DNA from: an uncultured delta proteobacterium
GTDB taxonomy: Bacteria; Myxococcota_A; Polyangia; Polyangiales; Polyangiaceae
DNA: 64,000 nt
Direction of reading: 5' to 3'
Assembly (NCBI GenBank): GCA_963806225.1
Contig: CAWDXG010000004.1
Location: forward strand, 3,968,001-4,032,000
Part shown: one piece after another, positions 1 through 10,645 of the stretch
Position numbering within the stretch: the first letter of the stretch is position 1
Layout of the letters: each line of letters starts with the position of its first letter
Notes under the pieces: generated by a model
The model's database searches: none
Seen by the model: the letters and a program-made list of their open reading frames with translations, nothing else
What the model was told of the DNA's origin: nothing
Position numbers and translations under genes: made by a program

Positions 1-169
1 CATAACAGAGTAGTCGCAGTACCTGTGGCTATTCGCTCTGCGCGGATCGGGCATACGCTTTCCTGTCCCCGGTCAATTCTTCGCAGTCACGGAGAGTTCC
101 ACGAAGACCGCCGGCAAGCGGTGCCAGTGATCGGACGAGGGTGGGTAGGGTAGCGATCGCCCAGCGCCC

Positions 170-556
170 TCACCCTTTGGTCTTGTCGATCATATGGTCG
201 ATGACAACGCCGTGCTCGTGTTGGGGGCTGAACATCACGATCTCGGCGTCCGACTCGACTTTGACGTTGTGACCCGGCGGCCAGTAGAAGAGATCATTTT
301 CGTTGACGGTCTCCTGCACGCCATTCTTGTCGGTCGCCTTGAGCTGCCCGCGCAGGACATAGCCCCAGTGAGGGCACTGGCACGCATCGCCTTGCAGGCC
401 CTGTAGCAACGGTGCGGTGTCGACGCCCGTCGAGAGACTGAAGAACTCGCAACTGATCTTGCCGAGTCCGGTTGCGTCCCCGAAGTCCATGTGCTGGCGG
501 ACCACGGCACCCGGTATCTGCATCTTGACGTCAACGTCTTCTTTGGCAATTCGCAC
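170..556 (-). CDS. Cupin-fold protein
   Basis: CQCPHWGYVLRG...YWPPGH cupin-like motifs; GTG start at 556 preceded by GGGGAAG. Confidence 0.65.
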   Translation of the reverse strand: MRIAKEDVDVKMQIPGAVVRQHMDFGDATGLGKISCEFFSLSTGVDTAPLLQGLQGDACQCPHWGYVLRGQLKATDKNGVQETVNENDLFYWPPGHNVKVESDAEIVMFSPQHEHGVVIDHMIDKTKG

Positions 557-772
557 GGCTTCCCCCCTATGTCGGCAGCGGATGATGAGCGTTGCCCATT
601 GCCCCACCTGCCCACGGCAACAGACCCCCGGCTAGAAACGCCACCGCCAACATAGGGCCGCGCGGCGCAACCGCCAGGGGCTTGTTGGTCCGTCCCGGGT
701 ATCCGTCGTCTGCGCCGACGTGAAGCGACAGCACCTGAACGCCGCGCACCGACGCGTCACCTGACAGAGCAA

Positions 773-1675
773 GTGAGTCGCATCGTCATCTCGTCGCTCT
801 GGGCGATCGCAACGTTCATCGTTTCAAGCCACGCGCTAGCCGATCCCGCAGCGGCGTCGCACGCCGCATTTCCACCTGTTCCGGAAACGTTGCCGGCGCG
901 CGTTGCAGCGCCTCCTCCGGGCGCTGGCGCTTCGAAGGAGGTGCGCCCTCCGGCAACCCGATCCAGCGCGCAGGATCTGCGCTGGTCTGCGCCAGGTGCA
1001 CCGCTTGCCGATCCGCCGGCCGCGCGCGATGGCGGCGACGCGCGCGAGCGCCATCGCGTCTCCGACGACTGGATGCTGGCGCTGGAAGCCGTGACGCACG
1101 CGCCGCTCGACATCGGGTTCCAGGTCGGCTTCGAAGCGCGGCCAGGTGTGCGCGTGTCCGGCGGCTACGGCCGCGTGCCGGGCGCGTATCTCGGACTGGT
1201 CACGCGCGCCGCCCGCAACGCCAGCAACGCCGATCCGCTCGCCACAGCGCTGATCACCGACGGCTTCCAGGGCGGCTACACCTGGCGTGTGCAGGGTGGG
1301 ATCCGTCCGTTTTCGAAGCTCGGCCTGTACCTGGACGCGGGCTACGCGCGCGTTGCGCTGGCTGGCTCACTCGACAGCCGTGCCGTTCCCAGTGCCGGCG
1401 CGCTCGGCGTGCAGGGCGGGTACAGCGTCGACGCCGTACTGCATATGTGGCTCATCGAGCTCGGCTACCAGGCGCATGTCGGCGATCACGTCGTGCTTGC
1501 GGTCGGCGGGGGCGTGATGGGCACGTTCGCCGCGCACACCACCATCAGCACGCAGGCCGGCAGCGTGCGCCTGCCCGCCGTGGATCCGTCCACCGCGTCC
1601 ACGGTGGACGAGCTGCTCGAAAAGCACGGCTACCTGCCAACGCTCACGCTGCGTCTAGGCTTCGATCTGATCTGA
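773..1675 (+). CDS. Secreted protein, probable outer-membrane beta-barrel
   Basis: Signal peptide, Pro/Ala linker, amphipathic beta-strands, ends TLRLGFDLI. Confidence 0.55.
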   Translation: MSRIVISSLWAIATFIVSSHALADPAAASHAAFPPVPETLPARVAAPPPGAGASKEVRPPATRSSAQDLRWSAPGAPLADPPAARDGGDARERHRVSDDWMLALEAVTHAPLDIGFQVGFEARPGVRVSGGYGRVPGAYLGLVTRAARNASNADPLATALITDGFQGGYTWRVQGGIRPFSKLGLYLDAGYARVALAGSLDSRAVPSAGALGVQGGYSVDAVLHMWLIELGYQAHVGDHVVLAVGGGVMGTFAAHTTISTQAGSVRLPAVDPSTASTVDELLEKHGYLPTLTLRLGFDLI

Positions 1676-1711
1676 CGCGGCGGGCAGCGGTTCCGCTGAC
1701 GTGGAGGTGGC

Positions 1712-2941
1712 GTGAGCGGCCCGGCGGCCCAACAATGGCGGACAGTGACCGGCAAGCGAAACCACGTCGACGATCTCCGGGGGGCGACCCGCCTCGCCGT
1801 CGGAGCCGCCAAGGGAGTCGTCGATCTCGTCCGGGCGATGCACCACACCATCGGCGGCGGTCCCGACGTGCTCGGTCGACCCCTGGAGGGACCGCTCCGC
1901 GTGCTGACCGCGCCCGTCTACGGCAGCATCCACGCCGTGACCGACCTTGTCGGAGCAGGCATCGACCTGGCGCTCGGACAGCTCTCGCCACTGCTCGGGG
2001 AGAGCGCACCCGGGCCCGAGCGCGAGGCGGTCCTCGCCGTACTGAACGGCGTCCTCGGCGACTACCTCGAGGGAACCAACAATCCGCTCGCGATCGAGAT
2101 GCGCCTGCGCAAAGGGGGTCGGCCACTCGTGCTGGAGAAGCAGGCGCTCCGCGCTGCCGTGCCCGCGGCCGGAAGCAAGCTCCTGGTACTCGTACACGGT
2201 TCGAGCATGAGCGACGTGCAATGGAATCGTCGCGGGCGCGATCCCGGCGCCGCCCTCGCGAGCGCCCTCGAGCTGTCAACGCTGTACCTGAACTACAACA
2301 GCGGGCTCCACGTCTCGACCAACGGCCGCGCATTCGCGGAGCTGCTCGAACAGCTCGTGGCCGAGTGGCCCGTGCCGGTCGAGGAGCTGGTGCTGCTCGG
2401 ACACAGCATGGGCGGGCTCGTGTCGCGCAGCGCCTGCCACTACGGCGAGCTGGCCGGCCACGCCTGGCGGCCCAGGCTCGGCAAGCTGATCTCGGTGGGC
2501 TCGCCTCACCACGGCGCGCCGCTCGAGCGCGGCGGCAACTGGATCGACGCGATGCTCGGGCTCAGCCGCTACAGCGCTCCGCTCGCCCGCCTGGGACAGA
2601 TCCGCAGCGCCGGAGTCACCGACCTCAGGTTCGGCAACGTGCTCGACGAGGACTGGCAGGGTCGGGACCGCTTCGAGTCCGGTGCCGATCCACGCACGCC
2701 GCTTCCACTACCGGCGGGCGTCGACTGCTACGCGATCGCCGGCACCACAGCCCCGACGCCCGGCGACAAGCTCCCGGGGGACGGCCTGGTCCCGGTCGAC
2801 AGTGCGCTGGGCCGCGCCGACCGACCGGAGCTTTCGCTCGCCTTTTCCGCTACCCACCAGTGGATCGCGTTCGGCACGGGTCACATCGACCTGGTCGATC
2901 GGCCCGAGGTCTGCGCACAGCTCGAGTCCTGGCTCAGCTGA
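1712..2941 (+). CDS. Alpha/beta hydrolase (PGAP1/lipase-like)
   Basis: VLVHG, GHSMGG nucleophile elbow, GSPHHG, GDGLVP, GTGH. Confidence 0.8.
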   Translation: MSGPAAQQWRTVTGKRNHVDDLRGATRLAVGAAKGVVDLVRAMHHTIGGGPDVLGRPLEGPLRVLTAPVYGSIHAVTDLVGAGIDLALGQLSPLLGESAPGPEREAVLAVLNGVLGDYLEGTNNPLAIEMRLRKGGRPLVLEKQALRAAVPAAGSKLLVLVHGSSMSDVQWNRRGRDPGAALASALELSTLYLNYNSGLHVSTNGRAFAELLEQLVAEWPVPVEELVLLGHSMGGLVSRSACHYGELAGHAWRPRLGKLISVGSPHHGAPLERGGNWIDAMLGLSRYSAPLARLGQIRSAGVTDLRFGNVLDEDWQGRDRFESGADPRTPLPLPAGVDCYAIAGTTAPTPGDKLPGDGLVPVDSALGRADRPELSLAFSATHQWIAFGTGHIDLVDRPEVCAQLESWLS

Positions 2942-2993
2942 CGCTGCGACCAACCGGGTGTGCGACGCCCGCAGCAGCACCACGGGACGCCGC

Positions 2994-3779
2994 CTACGTC
3001 GCGCCGCGTTCGATCGCGCGCGCGCGGCGTTCCGCTTCGTCGCTCTCGGCTTCCACTCTTCTCGTTTCCACGAGCGCGGCCTTCATCGTCTCTTCGGACC
3101 AGGCGAAGGTTCCGAACACCCAGTCCCACAGGGGCGAGCTGATGCCCATGTTCAGATGGAAGAGCTTGAAGTGGTGCACGGCGTGGGCCCGCCTCACTAG
3201 CTTGCCGATGCGCGTCTTCGGGTTGCGGAAGTGGTGCGTGTAGTAGTGGGTCCAGTCGTAGAACAGGTAGCCCGCGCACGTGCCGCCGAACAGGATGAAC
3301 GCCTGGCCATGCGGCAGCAGCAGCCAGTACAGGACGAAAAGAACCGCGGCAATCGGCCAGCTCATCAGCGGCGGCGCGACGAGCCGCAGCCGGTCGTTCG
3401 GGAACTCGTGGTGGAGCCCGTGCATGAGGAAGAGGCGGATGCGCGCCTTCTCGTCCGTGCCCGGATCCCAGTGGAAGGCGAAGCGGTGCAGCAGGTATTC
3501 CAGCAGCGTGAAGCCGAGGACGCCGGCCGCGAACAGCCCGATGTACGCCAGCCTGCGCGGCCCTGACGAAAGCGCGAGCATGGCACCGTACACAATGGCC
3601 CAGCCGAACCACACGGCGGGCATGATCGGATGCGAGCTCGCGAGCACGTGCTCGACGAAGGGGTTCTTGTAGACGCGGATGCGGTTAATCTTGCGGTTTT
3701 CGAGGCTGGGCGCGCCAATCGTGCCGTCCCACCGCGCGATCGTCTCGTGGAACTCGTCGGTGAAGTCGAAGAGTCCCAT
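2994..3779 (-). CDS. Fatty acid hydroxylase / sterol desaturase family (FA2H/Scs7-like)
   Basis: EYLLHRFAFH, HGLHH, YDWTHYYTHH, HAVHH, GISSPLWDWVFGT. Confidence 0.85.
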   Translation of the reverse strand: MGLFDFTDEFHETIARWDGTIGAPSLENRKINRIRVYKNPFVEHVLASSHPIMPAVWFGWAIVYGAMLALSSGPRRLAYIGLFAAGVLGFTLLEYLLHRFAFHWDPGTDEKARIRLFLMHGLHHEFPNDRLRLVAPPLMSWPIAAVLFVLYWLLLPHGQAFILFGGTCAGYLFYDWTHYYTHHFRNPKTRIGKLVRRAHAVHHFKLFHLNMGISSPLWDWVFGTFAWSEETMKAALVETRRVEAESDEAERRARAIERGAT

Positions 3780-4748
3780 CTAGATCTGCCCGCCTGCCGC
3801 GACCGACTGGACATCGAAGGCTTCCGGAGCGTCTGCGGGCCGTTCCTCTTCAGGGCAATCGAAGGGCGCGCGCCCCACCTGCACGGTGCCGAGGCTCGGG
3901 ATGAACAGCGCCAGGAAGTGCTGCTGGAAGAAGAACCACCACATGCTCCAGTGACACAGGCGCGGATCGATCTGGTCCTTGATCTTGTTGTGCGCCGCTT
4001 CGGCTTCAGCCCAGTGCAGGTTCGCCTGGTTGTGGTGGACGGTGTGGTAGCCGTTGCCGAAGAGCAGGAAGTTCAGGAACTTGCCGGTGAAGTTCCGCGA
4101 GTGGTTGTGCTCCGACCACGGGTCGGTGTGCACGTGCTGCGAGTAGTTGAACAGCATCACCGTCCACAGCGCGAAGAACGCCGGGATGCCCAGCGCGAGC
4201 GCGTACGTCTCGAGCCCCGCCTTGACGCCGAACAGCACCACGGCCAGCGCCGCCAGGACGGCGTGGGCGCCATAGGTCACGACGTACTGGGAGATGATGC
4301 GCCGGTAGAACGCGGGGTTCTTCTGCTTCGCCGTGCGGATGAAGTCCTTGATCCAGAACCCCTGGTAGTACGCCGAGACGAAGAAGTAGGTGCTGGCGAC
4401 CAGCGCGTTGTGCTTGTTGGTGATGCGCCAGGTGATGGTCGCGTCACCGTGTTTGTTGATGTACTTGTGATGGTTGAGGTTGTGGGTCGGCGTCCAGGCG
4501 AACACCGGGTAGCCGTAGAAGATCGAGACCCAGTGCGAGAAGAGCCGGTTCGCCCGCTTGGTCTTCATCGTGGGGCGGTGCATGTGGTTGTGCGCGATGA
4601 CGGCGCAGCTCACCGCGAAGTACATGCTGAACGGGAACAGCACCCAACGGAGGTCAGGGCGGAGGTATTGCAGGACGGCGACGCCGGGCGTCAGGATGAC
4701 GACCCAGAGCAGCGTACGGTAGTCGGCGCGATGTTTGACAAGCAGCAT
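3780..4748 (-). CDS. Membrane fatty acid desaturase
   Basis: His boxes HNHMH, HNLNHH, QH, HTVHH; real start MLLVKH at 4748 inside ORF 3780..6137; its stop abuts the hydroxylase ATG. Confidence 0.85.
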   Translation of the reverse strand: MLLVKHRADYRTLLWVVILTPGVAVLQYLRPDLRWVLFPFSMYFAVSCAVIAHNHMHRPTMKTKRANRLFSHWVSIFYGYPVFAWTPTHNLNHHKYINKHGDATITWRITNKHNALVASTYFFVSAYYQGFWIKDFIRTAKQKNPAFYRRIISQYVVTYGAHAVLAALAVVLFGVKAGLETYALALGIPAFFALWTVMLFNYSQHVHTDPWSEHNHSRNFTGKFLNFLLFGNGYHTVHHNQANLHWAEAEAAHNKIKDQIDPRLCHWSMWWFFFQQHFLALFIPSLGTVQVGRAPFDCPEEERPADAPEAFDVQSVAAGGQI

Positions 4749-5017
4749 AGGGAGCCTCGCTGTCCGGCAACGATACCCGCGATTGCCGCTCGGTCGACCG
4801 GATGTCAATCCTTGTGGCGAAAACGGGGGCCCACGGGGCCAGAATGGGCCAGATCTGGGCTCCTGCGCTTGATCGTCGTCAATTTCGTGCCCGGCACCCC
4901 CGCGCGTCCGCCGGCAGGCGTTGAGCGGCCGATGCGCCGCACAGCGCAGCCGAGGCGGTCGGCGCTCCGCACTTGCCCTGGTGCAGAGCCCGCTCCCCTC
5001 TCGCGGTAGCGGCACGC

Positions 5018-5714
5018 CTACGGCTGCCGAACGGCGCGGAAGCGCACCTTGTTCTCGAGCATCCTGGTGAAGGCCTCTTCGGCGCGTTCCAGGGGGAACA
5101 CCTCGGTCCGGGGCCTCACGCCCTGGAGCTTGCTGAAGCGCAGCGTGTCTTCGGAATCGATGCTGGAGCCACTGGGCCAGCCCTGGATGCGGCGACCGCT
5201 GAGCAGCGAGAACGCGGAAACCTTGAAGGGCTCGGGCGCGGCCGCGACGATGAGCAGTGTGCCGCGCGGCGTGAGCCCATCGACGACCGACTCGATGGCG
5301 CCGGCGTTCGGCGCGGTCGCCAGGATGACGTCGGCGCCGCCGAGTTGCTGCAGCGCTTCGGCCGGGTCGCCCTTGGCTGCATCCACGTATTCGTGCGCGC
5401 CGAGCTCGTGCGCGAGCTTCTCTTTGTCGCTGCCGCGCGACACGGCAATGGTGCGGAAGCCCATGCGCGCGGCGTACTGCACGCCCAGATGGCCGAGCCC
5501 GCCGATGCCCTGCACGGCCACGGTGTCGCCGGCGCGCGCGCCGCTGTTGCGGAGCGCGTTGTACGTGGTGATCCCGGCGCAGAGCAGCGGCCCGGCATCG
5601 ACGGCAGACACGCCTTCGGGGAGGCGCGCCAACGACGAGGCCGGAACGACCGCGTACTCGGCCCAGCCGCCATCGTGCGAGATGCCGGTGACTTTCGCCT
5701 TCTCGCAATTGATG
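5018..5714 (-). pseudogene. Zn-dependent alcohol dehydrogenase, 5'-truncated
   Basis: INC..VTG..DGGWAEY, LLCAGITTYNALR, GIGGLGHLG; the N-terminal GHE and Zn-binding Cys cluster are missing. Confidence 0.8.
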
Positions 5715-6833
5715 ACGTGCAACGCGGGGCCGAACGACGACCAGGACAAGGACGGCTGGACGATCGCACAGGGCGACTGCAACGACTGCGACCCGAACGT
5801 GAATCCGGGCGCGATCTACGTGCTGCACACGCAGGACGGCGGAACTCCGAAGTGGGGCGACGAGGATTGCGACGGCACTCCCGGCGACTCGGCCAAGCCC
5901 TGCGATCAGGGGTTTGCGCTCGGCGACGTGAACGCTGCCGACGCGGCGAAGGCGATCGAGCTGTGTCACGCGGCCAAACCCACCGACAAGAACTTCGGCG
6001 TGCTGTCGGCGGCCTACGTGCGCGCCGACGGCAGCACCTTCTCGAGCCCGGGGTTGCAGGTGGGGCTGGAGCCGGGCTGGGGACCGAACGTGAAGGTGCA
6101 GGCCGGCAAGACGATGCTCGTGCTGTCCACCGGTCACGCGCGCAGCATCGGCCAGAGCGGCGCGTGCGGTTCGCTCACCTGCACGGAGAACGCAACGGGC
6201 AAGGCGCCGCCAGGTTTCCCCCAGGCCAATCCCGCCTGCCCGCCCATGAGCACGATCACGGATGATGTCGCGCTGCAGGTGAAGCTGCGCGCACCGACTA
6301 ACGCCACCGGCTATTCGTTCAACTTCAAGCTCTACTCGTTCGAGTACCCGGAGTCGGTCTGCGACAAATACAACGACCAGTTCATCGCGCTCGTTTCGCC
6401 CGCGCCGAAGGGCTCCATCAACGGGAACATCTCGTTCGACAGCAAGAACGTCCCCGTCAGTGTGGACCTGGGCTACTTCGACGTGTGCGACCCGGGCACG
6501 GCGTCGGTGTTTGCCTATCGCTGCAAGAATGCCGGCGGCAGCTGCCCGTCGCTCCCGAACCCCTACCGTCCACTGGGCGCGGGCGAGCTGAAAGGCACCG
6601 GCTTCGACATCTGGAAGCAGACCAGCTTCGAGAAGCAGCCCACGGCGGCGGGCGCCACGCGCTGGCTCGAGTCCCAGGCCCCGGTGAAGGGCGGCTCCGA
6701 GTTCACGATCCGCTTCGCCATCTGGGACACCGGCAACCAGCAGTACGACTCGACCGTACTGATCGATAACTTCCAGTGGATCGCAGCGCCCGGCGTCTCC
6801 GTCACGACGAAGCCGGTGCCGACCCCGATGTGA
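5715..6833 (+). pseudogene. Choice-of-anchor L-like surface protein with metal-binding repeat, 5'-truncated
   Basis: DQDKDGW..GDCNDCDPNVNPGA..DEDCDG, EYPE..YNDQF, FAIWDTG..YDSTVLIDNFQW; no start codon or signal peptide after the junction with the ADH remnant. Confidence 0.65.
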
Positions 6834-6942
6834 TCGCCCGGCTCGCCGCGGATTCAGCTGGTGCGGGGGCGCCTGCGCGCGCTATCATTGCCGGTTCGCA
6901 CCTGCTTCGCCGCGGTCTTCGCGGCCCAACACGAAAGAGACC

Positions 6943-8341
6943 ATGCCGATTATTCCTCGACGCCGGGCTGTGCCCGCCGCAAAGCGTGCCCTTCTGCCCG
7001 TGGCACTGCTGCTGGCCTCGTGGGCCGCGCCCGCGCGGGCCGCGACCGTCGCGCGCTGGACTCCCCCGAACGCGGAGGTCGACGAGGCGAACTTCCCCGC
7101 CACCGCGAGCCTCGTGTCCGCGAGCGCGATGACCTACTCCGGCGCCCCGCTCAGCAGCATTTCGATCTCCGGCAGCTACGCCGTCAAGATGTGGCCGCTG
7201 GCGATGGACACGTCGGACTACATCCAGTTCTCCGTCACCGGCATCGTGACTTTCCAGTCGGTCTCGTTCAGCTGGTGGTCGAACAGCAGCTACGTGAACG
7301 CGGTCGCGGTGCGGTCGAGCGCCGACGGTTTCGCGGCGAACCTGGCCACCGGCACGCATCCACAGGACGCACAGATGCACCAGACGACGCTCGACGTTCT
7401 CGAGCCTCGGCACGCAGAACGGCACGACGACGTTCCGGCTGTACTTCTGGGGCAGCAGCTTCGTCACGCCCACGGCCTACATCGACGGGCCCAGCCTCGA
7501 CACGGGCGCCGTTGGGCTCGTGATCAACGGCTCGGCGATCTGCGACACCGACGAGCACGTCGCGAGCCACAAGTGTGTGACTTGCCCGGCAGGCAGCACC
7601 AACCCCCAGGGCGACGACCCGAGCGGCGCCAACACGCAGTGCACGCCCACCCTGTGCACCGCGGACCATCGCGTGCAGAGCCACGCCTGCGTCGCCTGCG
7701 CCGCGGGCTCCACGCGCCCGGCGGGTGACGACGCCACGGGCGCCGATACGCAGTGCACGGCAACGCTGTGCGCCAGCGACCAGCACGTCGTGAGCCACGC
7801 CTGCGTCGCCTGCCCGAACGGCCAGACCAACCCCGCCGGCGACGACGCGACCGGCAGCGACACATCTTGCACCCCCTCCACGCCGTTGGACGCCGGAAGC
7901 GACTCGGGCACAGGCGGCAGCGCGGGCACAGGCGGCAGCGCGGGCACAGGCGGCAGCGCGGGCACAGGCGGCAGCGCGGGCACAGGCGGCAGCGCGGGCA
8001 CAGGCGGCAGCGCGGGCACAGGCGGCAGCGCGGGCACAGGCGGCAGCGCAGGCGCAGCCGGAAGTGCAGGCGCCGGTGGAACCGCAGGCGCAGCAGGCAG
8101 CGCGAGTGGCGGCACAGCCGGAAACACGTTCACCGATGCAGGCACCGACGCCAACGGAGGCGCCAGCGCAGCCGGCGGCTACGGCACAGATGGCGGCTCG
8201 GATGCGGGCGCGCCCGCGGGCTCCGGATCCAAGGGCGGCTGCGGTTGCACCGTGGCCGGCTCGCGTAGCGGCTCGACCGGGTGGTCGCTCCTGTTCGGGT
8301 TCGGCCTCGCACTGGGTCTGCGCCGGCGCCGCCGGCGCTGA
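6943..8341 (+). CDS. MYXO-CTERM-anchored surface protein with three Cys-rich repeats (one-base insertion at ~7398)
   Basis: Signal peptide in ORF 6943; removing one T at 7397/7398 joins it to ORF 7520..8341, which ends GGCGC..TM..RRRRR. Confidence 0.75.
7907..8050 (+). repeat. Coding tandem repeat, 8 x 18 bp (GGCACAGGCGGCAGCGCG = GTGGSA)
   Basis: Directly visible; no spacers. Confidence 0.95.
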
Positions 8342-8379
8342 GTGGACCGGCGCCGCAGATCGCGTGTCTCGCCGGGGAG

Positions 8380-9612
8380 ATGATGACGAAGATCCGCCGC
8401 TACGAAACGCCGTCGTCGGCCCAGCTCCTGCGCCACGTGCTCGAGCGCCCGGAGCTGGTGGCCGCTGTGCGGGAGCTGCCCGGCGAGGCGCTGGCACGCC
8501 TGATCGATCGCATCGGGTTGGAGGATGCCGGCGAGATCGTCGCGCTGGCCAGCACCGAACAACTCTCGCGCGTCTTCGACGAGGATCTGTGGCGGGCTGA
8601 GCACGTCGGCGGCGACGAGGACTTCCAGCCGCGGCGCTTCGGCCTGTGGCTCCAGGTGCTGGCCGAGGCGGGCGATGACTTCGTTGCCGAGCGTCTCCGA
8701 GCGATGCCGCGCGATCTGCTGCAGCTCGCAGTGCATCGTCTGGTGCTCGTCATCGACATCGACGCGCTGGCCGTGGAGATGTCGGAAGGCGGCGCCGACG
8801 ACCTGACCGAGAAGGCGCTCGAAGCCAGCCCGCACGAGGAGTGGGAAGAGTTCCGCCTGATCGCCCGACATGCCGAAGCGTGGGACGTGCTGTGGTCGGC
8901 GCTGCTCGCGCTCGACCGCGACGACCACGAGCTCGTGCGCGATCTGCTCGAGCGCTGCGCGGCGATCGACGCGGAGTACATCGAGGACAACGGCGGGCTC
9001 TACGCTGTCCTCACCTCGGGGGAGATGCTGGAAGGAGATCTCGCTGCGGACCGCGCGGACCGCCGCGCTGCGGAAGGCTACGTCGCGCCAGCGGACGCGC
9101 GGGCGTTCCTCGAGCTGGCAGCGAGCGGCCAGGGTCCAGAGGGCCGCGACGCCATCACGCGCGCGTACTTCCGCGAGGTCGCGCCGCATCGCGGAGTCGC
9201 CGACGAACGCGCCGCGACTCGCGAGCGCGAGGCCGCGGCGGCCGAGCTCTCCCGACTGCTGCTGCCCTCGAAGCAGGAACAGGCCGCCGGGGCGGAAGCG
9301 CCCACGCCGCCGGCGTCGCGAACTCCCACCCTGCTCGAGCAAGCGCTCGCCGAGCTTCGCCAAACCGACCCGGTACTCGCGTCGACCCGGCTCGAGGAGC
9401 TGGCATACCTCGCCAACGTCTGGGTAGCCGCAGGCTCCCACGAAGGCCGCCGCCCCCGCCCCGTGGAAGCGCTCGAGCACGCCATCACGGTGTGCAACGC
9501 GGGGCTGGAGCGCGCTGTCGCCGACGCGGGCGACGAGGCCGCACGGGTCCTCGCCTCCACCCCGGCCGATGCGCTGTTCCGGTGGGGCTACGTGAGGCAG
9601 AAGGCGGACTGA
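8380..9612 (+). CDS. DUF6178-like myxobacterial protein
   Basis: IGLEDAGEIVALASTEQL..FDEDLW, RR..GYV, EELAYLAN; RBS GGGGAG. Confidence 0.6.
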   Translation: MMTKIRRYETPSSAQLLRHVLERPELVAAVRELPGEALARLIDRIGLEDAGEIVALASTEQLSRVFDEDLWRAEHVGGDEDFQPRRFGLWLQVLAEAGDDFVAERLRAMPRDLLQLAVHRLVLVIDIDALAVEMSEGGADDLTEKALEASPHEEWEEFRLIARHAEAWDVLWSALLALDRDDHELVRDLLERCAAIDAEYIEDNGGLYAVLTSGEMLEGDLAADRADRRAAEGYVAPADARAFLELAASGQGPEGRDAITRAYFREVAPHRGVADERAATREREAAAAELSRLLLPSKQEQAAGAEAPTPPASRTPTLLEQALAELRQTDPVLASTRLEELAYLANVWVAAGSHEGRRPRPVEALEHAITVCNAGLERAVADAGDEAARVLASTPADALFRWGYVRQKAD

Positions 9613-9713
9613 GCCAGCCCCCGGCGCAGTCTCTGCCGGTCGGGACGCCGTTCGCGCCGCGGCTGCGCGGTCGCCCGCCGCGCGGCAGCGCGAATCGGCG
9701 ACAACCCGGGCAC

Positions 9714-9729
9714 AGGCACGGGCCGTGCA
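9714..9729 (+). promoter_or_regulatory. Possible sigma-54 promoter
   Basis: AGGCACGGGCCGTGCA fits GG-N10-GC, ~65 bp before ATG 9796. Confidence 0.3.
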
Positions 9730-9795
9730 CGCCACAGTCCGGGGGGAAGCGGCGTCCCCAGCACTGAGCGCGAACAACCGCCCGGACGGGGGAGC

Positions 9796-10572
9796 ATGGC
9801 TATCGAGACACGCCGGACCGGCGGTCATTGGGGGACGCTTTCGCTGTCGCTAGCGACGGCGCTGACGCTTGCGCTCTCGACTGGCCAGGCGTCGGCCGGC
9901 GTCGAGGCAGAGGTCGAGGTCTCGGTCGTGGTCCCGAGCCGCATCGACACGCGCATCCCGGGCGACAGCGGCACGAAGCTTTCGTTCGTCCACGATCTCT
10001 CCACGTCGCCCGCACCGGCTTTCCGGGTACGGCTAGGTTATCGCATCGCAGACCGTCACCTGATCACGGCACTCTACGCACCGCTGCAGCTCGATGCCCG
10101 CGGCAGCGTCGGCCGGGACGTCCGGTTCATGGACGCGACCTATCCAGCGACAACCCCGCTGCTTGCGATCTACCGTTTCGATTCGTACCGCCTGACCTAT
10201 CGCTACAGCATCGTCTGGACGGATGACCTGGACGTCGCGCTCGGTGTCACCGGGAAGATCCGCGACGCCGAGACCAGTCTCTACGGGGTCCATGCCCGGC
10301 GGAAGACCAACACCGGTTTTGTCCCGCTGCTCAACGCCCACGTGGCATGGCGTCCCGGGAACGGTGCGTTCGGGGGCGTGCTCGATGTCGACGCGTTGGC
10401 CGCACCCCAAGGGCGTGCCGAGGATGTGCTGCTGGCGGCAACCTGGTCCTTCCACGACCATCTCGAGCTGCGCGTGGGCTACCGCATGCTCGAGGGAGGC
10501 GCCGACAACGACGAGGTGTACAGCTTCGCCTGGCTTCACTACGCGGTCGTCGGGCTCAGGATAGGCTACTGA
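9796..10572 (+). CDS. Secreted probable outer-membrane beta-barrel protein
   Basis: Signal peptide, YRFDSYRLTYRY, EGGADNDEVY, terminal aromatic residue. Confidence 0.65.
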   Translation: MAIETRRTGGHWGTLSLSLATALTLALSTGQASAGVEAEVEVSVVVPSRIDTRIPGDSGTKLSFVHDLSTSPAPAFRVRLGYRIADRHLITALYAPLQLDARGSVGRDVRFMDATYPATTPLLAIYRFDSYRLTYRYSIVWTDDLDVALGVTGKIRDAETSLYGVHARRKTNTGFVPLLNAHVAWRPGNGAFGGVLDVDALAAPQGRAEDVLLAATWSFHDHLELRVGYRMLEGGADNDEVYSFAWLHYAVVGLRIGY

Positions 10573-10612
10573 TCGCCCCGCACCCCGGGAACGCCCGCGC
10601 TCCCGATCCCCG

Positions 10613-10630
10613 TCACCTGCAGTACTTCGA
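10613..10630 (-). repeat. Scar: terminal codons of an allele of the 14857..15891 gene
   Basis: Reads SKYCR* vs SKYCK*; 13-bp identity (10618-10630 = 14862-14874) with the stop in register. Confidence 0.5.
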
Positions 10631-10645
10631 CCTCGACTGCCGCAG

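Noticed and set aside
1..54. Possible minus-strand gene start (ATG at 54 with AGGAAAG upstream)
   Set aside because: Only 18 codons visible; cannot be supported
3780..6137. Apparent 785-aa desaturase fusion, and apparent fusions 5049..6833, 28898..30025, 36816..38795
   Set aside because: Extensions are read-through of shadow frames or of a frameshift; real starts or junctions are internal
7907..8050. Tandem repeats as a possible CRISPR array (also ~25315-25452, ~31190-31315, ~52765-52868)
   Set aside because: Head-to-tail in-frame units without spacers, encoding Gly/Ser/Thr linkers; no cas genes
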